Below are positions 1 to 64,000 of a DNA stretch of 64,000 nt, piece by piece. The DNA comes from the human T2T-CHM13v2.0 reference genome, Homo sapiens. The notes under the pieces were generated by a model. It saw only the letters and a program-made list of their open reading frames with translations, was not told where the DNA came from and ran no database searches. The stretch lies in the NCBI RefSeq assembly GCF_009914755.1, contig NC_060926.1. One strand, written 5' to 3'. The translations under genes were made by a program, and so were the position numbers. Numbering within the stretch: the stretch's first letter is position 1; every line of letters begins with the position of its first letter.

Positions 1-9
1 ATTACAGGT

Positions 10-1203
<1,194 letters not shown>

Positions 1204-2416
1204 TCCATATACATATTATTATGTAATAACCTGCCTTTAAGAATGAAATTCACATGAGCATGCATATGGTAGAGCTTGCATTTATAGTTCACATGCTCTT
1301 GTTGTATTGTAAATATAAAAACAATCCTATGGCCAAATAAGTCTGGGAAATGCTGTCTTAGGGATAGGGGATTATTGCAAGGCCAGGAGAAGAAGGAGGG
1401 CTTCCTGGAAATCATCGGAGTAGACATTCAGGCACTCTGGGTCTCAGGGCCCCCACATGGGTCAGTTCCCGGGAAGACAGAACAGCCATTCATTGTCATC
1501 CCAAATGGAGAGCAGTTCCGAAGACCCTCCTTCTCTGTGAGTGCTCATACGTTCTCAGATGGTTACATCCCATATGGAGCTTTTCTATTGGACTTTTGTG
1601 CCGAGCTGCCTTATAGACCAATGGCTTCCCTTATGTTCAGTCCACGTGTATTTGGTTTGTGTTCTGATTCCTGACCCACTCACGATGACCAAGGTTGGTA
1701 ACATTTGAAGTGGCAGAGCTGGTTTCATTTGAGGAATGGAGGCATAAATCATTGCAACTTTGCAAGAAGAGCTTCTGAGAATCCCTTTCCTGGGAGACAC
1801 TCAGGGCCATCCCTAGAAGGGGACAGGGCCCAAAGCAACTCAGCCTGGGACCACCCAGATAACTGCCATTGAAATGAGGCTGTGCTGTTGTTGGCATCAT
1901 CCATAGGTCCTTTGGGATACTGTTCAACTCAGACATTTCAAAATTAAATTTTAAACAGGCTCAGAAAGGGTCCTTTGTAGTTGTAGTTGAAGCTTCTGGC
2001 AGCTCCCTGCCCTGCCCCAGGTTCCCTCCGCAAGGGCCAGGCCTGCACTTGGAGCTGCAGGGTCTGCCCGGCACGATGCTCAGTGCTGACAGGATGGGGT
2101 GAGGTGGGCACTTGCACCCATGGCCAGTGGGAGCATAAACCATAGGTTGCTCTTTGGAAAGCAATTTATTGAGAACTTTTGACTTAGTCATTTCACTTCT
2201 ACGAATCTACCATAAGGAAATAAATTTCCCTAAGAGTTGTATATATAATTTGTCCCAGCATTATTTTATAGAAGAGAAAATTATTAAAAGTATATATAAC
2301 TATATATATATACACACACACACACGACTGTAGGGAAATGGTAAATTATTATGACATGGTAAACATATTAAATATTTCATATATGATGAAGCGGCATAGT
2401 ATATAAAAGTATTCTA

Positions 2417-2725
<309 letters not shown>

Positions 2726-3529
2726 TTAATAAAACTTTACTAACATGGAAAATTGTTGTAATATTGAGGGAGGAAAGTAGGATATAAAATTGTAGACACA
2801 GTTTGATTCCAACTATGTAAAGGACAGTGGAGGGAAACACGCCAACATTAACAGAAGTTGCCTTTGGGGGTGGAATTATGAGTAGCCTTGCAGCTTCTTT
2901 CTCCTATGTCTTCTTTTTCATTTGCTGTACTTTCCAAATTTTCTACAATGAGCAAATATTGCTTTTGCACTCAGGAAAAGTTTTTACAAAGAAAAATGTA
3001 TAACTAGAAAAAGTAAATAAAAAATAAGTAAGTAGGGAAATTGAGAGGTAGGATTAGTTATGATCTCAGGGACTCATATGGTTCTTCATTTACCATCTGT
3101 TAAAAGATATTACAGGCTTCTGTTCTGAAGGAGACATTCAAATACTCATCTCATAATGGAGATGAAAAAATCTCTGCCATGGTGACGCAGAATATCCTTG
3201 ACTAATTCCCTCTGTGGCAATGTGGGTGGGGATCGCCGGATTCCACAGCAAACATGGAAAAGATGTGCTTCCTGACCCAGTGAAGCGTCACCTCCTAGCC
3301 AGGGGCCCTCCTCGAGTATGACCCAGAGTAGGCTGTGATAGCCACTTGGAATCACTTCCTCTGTCGATTCCTGGGCCAGAGTCTGTAGTCCAGCAGAGGG
3401 AGATGGGATGGAGGCTGGAGATAGCACACACGTGGCAGTTTTATTGAGTTTCTGATTCCACTTGATTGCCTTCCCCATTCCTGCATTTCACTCGGGAGAA
3501 GCAGGAGCATGCCAGCCTCCAGCCTTGCC

Positions 3530-4096
3530 TCTCTCTGATCTTTTTTTCACAAACTGTCAGGGTGATCTTTCTACAGTGACTGGACCAACCATTTTCCTTC
3601 CCTGCCTAACATTTTCAGTGACCCTCCATTGACTTCAGGATAATGCTTTAAATTCCTAGCTTGGGAAGGCTCTGCTGCTCTGTCAGCCTCATTTCTGACC
3701 ATTCCTTTCCTCGTGCCTCACATCTAAAACTTCTTGTGGTTTTCCCAAAGCACCCACCCCCCTTGCCTCATATATGCTATTTCCTCTCTCTAGAGCGCTC
3801 TCCCTTCAGGTGGCACCTGCGTAACTCCAGCACATTCTCTAGGTCTCAGCTAGACACGCCGTCTTCCAGGGATCCCTTCCCTGGTCCCTCAAGACCAAGG
3901 ACAGTGCTCCTCTCATTGGTCCCATAACGGTCTGGCCTTCCCTCTATCTTGCTTCTTATCACTAGTGTTTGTTTATCTGCCTCTGTTCTAGACAGGTCAG
4001 AACTATGCCTTTCTCACTAGTGTTTTCCCAACAGCACCTTGAAAAGTATCTGACATAGATTAGGCACACAATAAATAGTTGCTGAATGAATGAATA
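3530..4096 (+). mobile_element. L2 3' fragment
   Basis: Ends ...taggcacacaataaatagttgctgaatgaatgaat, the typical L2 3' terminus; left boundary approximate. Confidence 0.6.
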
Positions 4097-4509
4097 CAGC
4101 TAATGGAAATCCAAAAAGTAAGGATGACTGTGTTTGTCCTCCTTTTAAATGAGCCTGGGTTGCTAAACACTAACACTTCTACCCTGGAAGGTCAAAGTGG
4201 GGGAAATTTCAAGTTTTTGTGGCCATATTTATTTCTATGGTGTTTTTAGAGGGGCTACTCATATCTCTAAAGGGTCTGGCGGAAGTTAGCAGAGTTAGTT
4301 GGACTTGAAAGCTGTGTGATCTCTCTTAGGCTTTAGGTACACAGATTTTAGCTTATAGTTCATTGACTTGTATTTTATCTGGTTGGCCTTTAACTTGACT
4401 CTCATGATACATTTTCTAAAAATGCAGGCTGAGGCACTTGTCCCTAAGGTTCCTCTGACATGACTTGAACAATTTATCAGAGGCCCACAAGCTAGGGCCA
4501 ACTAGTGTG

Positions 4510-4512
<3 letters not shown>

Positions 4513-4571
<59 letters not shown>

Positions 4572-4612
4572 TACACACACACACACATATATATATACAC
4601 ACATATATATAT
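4513..4612. repeat. (AT)24-(AC)n compound microsatellite
   Basis: Read directly. Confidence 0.97.
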
Positions 4613-4935
4613 TTGTGTTTCAGAGCATACCTTTATTTGCATACAATTTTAGATATAATTCACAGAGCAGATAAGTTTATAAATGTAGGAAAGTTTCTTT
4701 TTATATTACTTCCAGTATAAATTTCTACCAATACTTTTACCTCTTTATTCTTTATGAATATAGGTACAAAGATGAATACATCTGAATATGGCTATGCATA
4801 GCTAGGTAAATAAACAGACATAAACAGGATTATATAAGTATGTCTATGTAAATATTTACCTATATAAAGCATGTTCCCCAAAAGACATTTTAAATACTCT
4901 AGTGTATATAATACTAAGGATGCAGGTGTAGAGTT

Positions 4936-4936
<1 letters not shown>

Positions 4937-4987
<51 letters not shown>
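4937..4987. repeat. (TG)n(TA)8 microsatellite abutting the DRC1 exon 8 acceptor
   Basis: Read directly. Confidence 0.97.
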
Positions 4988-5003
4988 GTTTTTTTAACTT
5001 TAG

Positions 5004-21140
<16,137 letters not shown>

Positions 21141-21314
21141 GCTGGACCACCAAAGGCTGATGTGTTAGGGCTGGCCTGATGCTGGTGTCTGTGCCGGAGC
21201 CAGCTCATATCACCCACTGGGCCGCACCTGGGCCTGCTCTCTGGATTTTCCAGGGCTGTCTTTATAGCCTGTCGAAATAAGGAGCCAGAGGAGTTACCTG
21301 TGTCCTGCATTATG

Positions 21315-21320
21315 ATTAAA
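21315..21320 (+). terminator. DRC1: DRC1 polyadenylation signal (ATTAAA)
   Basis: ATTAAA ~175 nt after the stop, followed by GT-rich sequence (GTTGTGG). Confidence 0.75.
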
Positions 21321-21841
21321 GCCTTTTAAAGTTGTGGCTGAATCTCTTTAAAGAGGTCAGGTCTAGCAAGACCAGGCCCTTGCCCCTACCTCTGTGTCAT
21401 GAGGGGACTTTGCCCCAGGCTCAGATAGTGGTGTGAGTCAGAGGCCGAGGCCAGTAGCGTGGGGCTCCTTTCTTGCTTTCAGGGGAACTGGTTTCTGTGG
21501 GTGGAGGCTAGAGCTTTTGGGCCCTTGTGGGGTCTTAAGCCTTCAGACTGGCCCCAGACCTGAAGGATTCTTTCGGTGCTTTGGGGGCCCCTGGGCCCAG
21601 GCTGGTGTGCCCTTTGGGCTATGGTGTAAGACTCCTCCTGTGGGCAGCCTGGGTGGGCAGCCCTGTGCCTGAGGCCTGCCTTGAACCCTGGGCCACCAGA
21701 GGCCACTTGAAGGGGAAAGGCCATGGGAGCCCTGCTGGTACTGAATCCGCCAGCCTAGAGAACTGCTGCCTCTGCCCCGCACCTGCGGCTGCTCCTCTCA
21801 GCTTGACCAGTGCAGACCTGTCAGCTCAGTGCTTGACTTCT

Positions 21842-21847
21842 TTTATT
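21842..21847 (-). terminator. OTOF: OTOF polyadenylation signal (AATAAA on -)
   Basis: tttatt on + = AATAAA on -, ~820 nt after the stop of the last OTOF exon. Confidence 0.8.
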
Positions 21848-22662
21848 TAGAGAAAAATCACCACTCAAGAAAAGAAAAACAGCCAACAGAAACCCAGACA
21901 CAGGCAGGGGCAGCACTTGACGGGCCAGCTCCCAGCTGCAGCTGAAAGGGCTGGAAGGGCAAGGGGGCAGGGGTGGGAGGACAGGGTGTGCCCGGGATGG
22001 GGAGTCCCCTCTGCTGCTTCTCACAGCTCCTCAGCTGGGCCTGGAGGCGCTGGCTGGGGCAGAGGGAGCTCTGGGAAGCCATGGAAACCCACAGGCAGGA
22101 CAGGCGACCCCCTGGGAAGTGAGAGGAGCCAAGTGGAGCCCAGCAGTGGCAGAAGCAGCCGCGCTGGGACTTGTGGGCAGGGTCTGGCCCCTGCTGCGGA
22201 TCAAAGACCGGTGCTATCTGCAGGGGTCACGGCGGGGATACCTTTTGCTCGTTCATTCTTTTTAAAGCCCTGGGCACTGACCCATGGTCCTTGGTTAATT
22301 TCACTAAAGCTTCAATCCTGTACTTGGAAGACCTGGGGAGGGTTTCAGGAGTCTTCCTCTGGAGCCTGGGCCTGAAGAAGGGTGGCGCCTCAGCCAGGTG
22401 GGGCAAGAGAGACCCATTCCAGGTCCCCACCCCATCCAAGGCTCCCCAGCCCACAGGCAGGGGTCAGAGGGGCGGGACTGGGCAAGCCGCAGCCTGGGGC
22501 AGTGAGGACAGGCGGCCCCCGCAAGCAGGAGGCAGGCTCGGCCCAAGGCATGAAGAGTGGACGCTGGGCTCCTCAGGCTCCCCAGGGGAGATGGGAAAGA
22601 GTCCAAGCCACTGAAAGGAAATGCGGCAGGGCTGGGGAGCGGCTGGCGGGAGCTGGCGGCCT

Positions 22663-60359
<37,697 letters not shown>

Positions 60360-60534
60360 TCAAGTGTCTTCATTTATAGAGGAGTATGAGTTGGCTAACC
60401 TCTAAGTTAGTGTTCACTAGACTTAACTTGCTGGGCCGAAGGGAGGGAGAGGCATTAAAAACACTGATGCCCAGGCCACCTCCAGACCAATCCAATCCAA
60501 TCCTGGACATGCAGCTCAGGCATCTGTATTTTTA

Positions 60535-60823
60535 TTTTTTTGATGGAGTCTTACTCTGTTGCCCAGGCTGGAGTGCAGTGGCATGATCTCGGCTCACTGC
60601 AACCCTCTGCCTCCTGGGTTCAAGTGATTCTTCTGCCTCAGCCTCCTGAGTAGCTGGGATTACAGGCATGCACTACCACACCGGGCTAATTTTTGTCTTT
60701 TTTATACAGATGGGGTTTTGCCATGTTGGCCAGGCTGTTCTCAAACTCCCGGCCTCAAGTGATCTGTCTGCCTCGGCCTCCCAAAGTGCTGGAATTACAG
60801 GCATGAGCCACCGTGCCCAGGCT
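60535..60823 (-). mobile_element. Alu (AluS-like) inserted into a MER5-like element
   Basis: TSD atctgtattttta on both sides. Confidence 0.9.
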
Positions 60824-61121
60824 AGAATCTGTATTTTTAAAGCTCCTAGGTGATGCCAAGTGCCCTGCGTTCTTCCCCAGCGTCGATGGCTCTGCTTCAG
60901 AAAGAGCTGCCAAACCCATGTCACAGGTTTCATGCACTCAGGAATAAAGCTTTCAAAGTCTTCATTAACTTGCATTTAATTTCCTGCTCCAGGAATTCTC
61001 ATGTAAGCCTGCAGGCCTCTGATACGTCTTTGCATTTCTGGAATTTGGCTCCCCCCCCTTTCCACATTGTTTGCTGAATTTCTTTGTTTGTATGGCCAGT
61101 GCGGCTTTGGTGCCTGCCTGA

Positions 61122-61655
<534 letters not shown>

Positions 61656-62163
61656 TAAAAAGATATAAGGACAGAGAGAGAGACAGAGAGAGAGAGAGCC
61701 AGAGCACCAGTAATTTTTGACATCACTACTACTTTTCCCGAACCCTCATTTTAAGCCATCAGGTCTCATTTGGATTTGGAGGTGTCAGTTCCTGTCAGGG
61801 TGGCCATGTTAAGATAGACAGAGGCATGTACTGGGGGTTGTTGAACTTGGGATTGAACCCCAGACCTGACATGTTGCCAGGTGTGAGGGCAAATGACCAC
61901 ATAGCCTTGTGTTTTTCAGTTACAAGCAGAGACACCAGCTACCTGTAAGGTTGTATGCAGGTTAAATGAGATCATGTGTGTCAAAATGCATCCTAAACAG
62001 CAGAAAGCTCTACAAAATGTGAGTGACCCCAACAGAATCTCCCTTCAGCTAAGCGGTTGATCTCTCAAGTAGGGAGCTTGTGCATGATACTTAGAATGAT
62101 TGATTCACTTGCCTCTCTCAAACGTGTGTTTTAACAAGAAAAGCCTTTCCCCAGCTAGAATAA

Positions 62164-62487
<324 letters not shown>

Positions 62488-64000
62488 ACATTCTTCTAAT
62501 GCGACTCCGAAGGTTGCTTTTCATGCCTGTCATCTTGGAGATTTCATATTTTAGTTGTGCTTTGATGCAACTTCTAAATACGACTTTACTTGAGAGAATT
62601 ATCTTCCCTTTCCATGAAAAAGAATAACCACTAAAATGATCATCCAGTGTCCATCAAAGCCTGAAAAATAACCTGAGGGTGATTAAAAATCTACACATCA
62701 GAAGTAATCATGTTAAGGAAATAGAAATTCCAATGTTAATGAGAACATTGCCAGGAAAGGGGATATTTACAAATGAAGTGACACTTGAACTAGGAAGCAA
62801 ACATTTCCGTTTGGAACGTGAAGTGACAAAGGGACGGAAGTAAAAGCTTAGAATCTGGAGCTTCACAGAAGTTCAATATTCACTGCTCCTTCAGGGAGCT
62901 AAAAAGGAAATAGGACTAACTAACTTAGCTCTGAGAAGTTTACTATGAAGAGAGCAAACGGACACTAGAAGTCCTTCTTTGCACAATAGTTTGTAGAGTT
63001 TTAACTTCCACGAACCCTTTTTTGCCAAAGATTTTTAAAAACCCCATGAATTTTTCCACAACTAATGCCCCCACCAACAATAAAAAAGGCTTTCTATAAC
63101 TCAGGACTGGGAAGCGGACAGACATAGTTTTGGCATCTACCGAAGATAAGCCAGCAGCAAGTCCTCTTCCCACTGCCAAGAGAGTGGTTGGTTTTTATGT
63201 TTTCCATCTCGAGGCATGGCCATAAGACAGGCTACTTCTCCCTGTCCCCCTTTTCAGGCCTCATACGTTTCTCCCTTCCTCCATGTAGCAGAGCCAGTGA
63301 AGGTGACAACCTGGGCAGAAGCTCTGGCAGTAGAGGCGGAGGGTGGAGGGGAAGGTGGGCAGAGGCTTGAAGGAGCAACGGAGGGAAGAGAAGCTCCAGA
63401 GGGTGCTCATTGCTGGTTGAAGGGCAGCCCCGAGAGGAAGCTGAGGGCGCTGGAGAAAGACCACCAGGCGCATGGTGTTGGGGGAAGGGGAATGCCATTC
63501 CTGCTGCCTCCCACCCCTCCTGGGGCTCTAGGAAGGGGAAATGATGCACTTGAAATAAAAAATAAAAAATGGCTGGTCATTCTCCAGGGTTCTGGGGGAG
63601 GGGCTTGGCCATCCTTCTCTCCAATCATCAGCAGAGGACTCAATTTTTCCAGGGTGGAAGATGAAGAGGCAAACGGAGCCACAGCTGGGACCAACTGACC
63701 AGCTGACTATTCCACCATCTCCTTTCAAGATAAGGGACATACTCCCCAGTGGCTTCATGAAAGCGATCACAAGGAATAATGCTGAGTGGTAAATCTATAC
63801 CCCTGTCCTGGGAAAACCCGAGAGTAATAATGCTTTGTGACCTGCTTCCCAGGGACCTGATCCAGCTTCAGGAACATCTGCTGGGAGCCAGAGATGAGAG
63901 TTGGTGCGCCCTTTAGTACTGTCCTTCTGCAACATCCATTACCCACTCCCCACTTTTCCAGGTGGCAGAGATGTGACATGACCAGATTTGCATTTTCAGA

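Noticed and set aside
62500-63250. AT-rich block possibly a processed pseudogene or transposase relic
   Set aside because: No recognisable protein similarity, poly(A) tail or TSD by eye; would need BLAST/Dfam.

Overview
Human genomic DNA that I recognise as chr2p23.3, containing two convergent (tail-to-tail) multi-exon genes. On + are the last 10 exons (8-17) of DRC1/CCDC164 (nexin-dynein regulatory complex subunit 1), with the stop codon at 21140. On - are OTOF (otoferlin) exons 9-47 in NM_194248-style numbering, running from C2B to two duplicated, alternative transmembrane-tail exons, plus the internal start region of the short isoforms near 43 kb. All exon boundaries were read by hand (GT-AG, phases add up). 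Introns hold many Alus, L1/L2 fragments, LTRs, a MER20, microsatellites and a ~750 bp C/G-rich 12-mer VNTR. The haplotype seems to differ from the reference as I recall it (OTOF Trp822 and Pro1083). I see no CRISPR array or novel protein-coding system; most long ORFs in the track are repeat artefacts. The best leads are regulatory. An intronic solo LTR carries two perfect ISREs and a PU.1-like site, which could explain OTOF interferon inducibility. The VNTR is built from ~20 PRDM9-type 13-mers. A ~30-copy RBFOX UGCAUG array sits in the alternatively spliced exon 30-31 region. A 5' splice site is tandemly duplicated after exon 16. A CFTR-like (TG)n(TA)nTn tract sits at the DRC1 exon 8 acceptor. 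Exon numbers and reference alleles are from memory and need checking.
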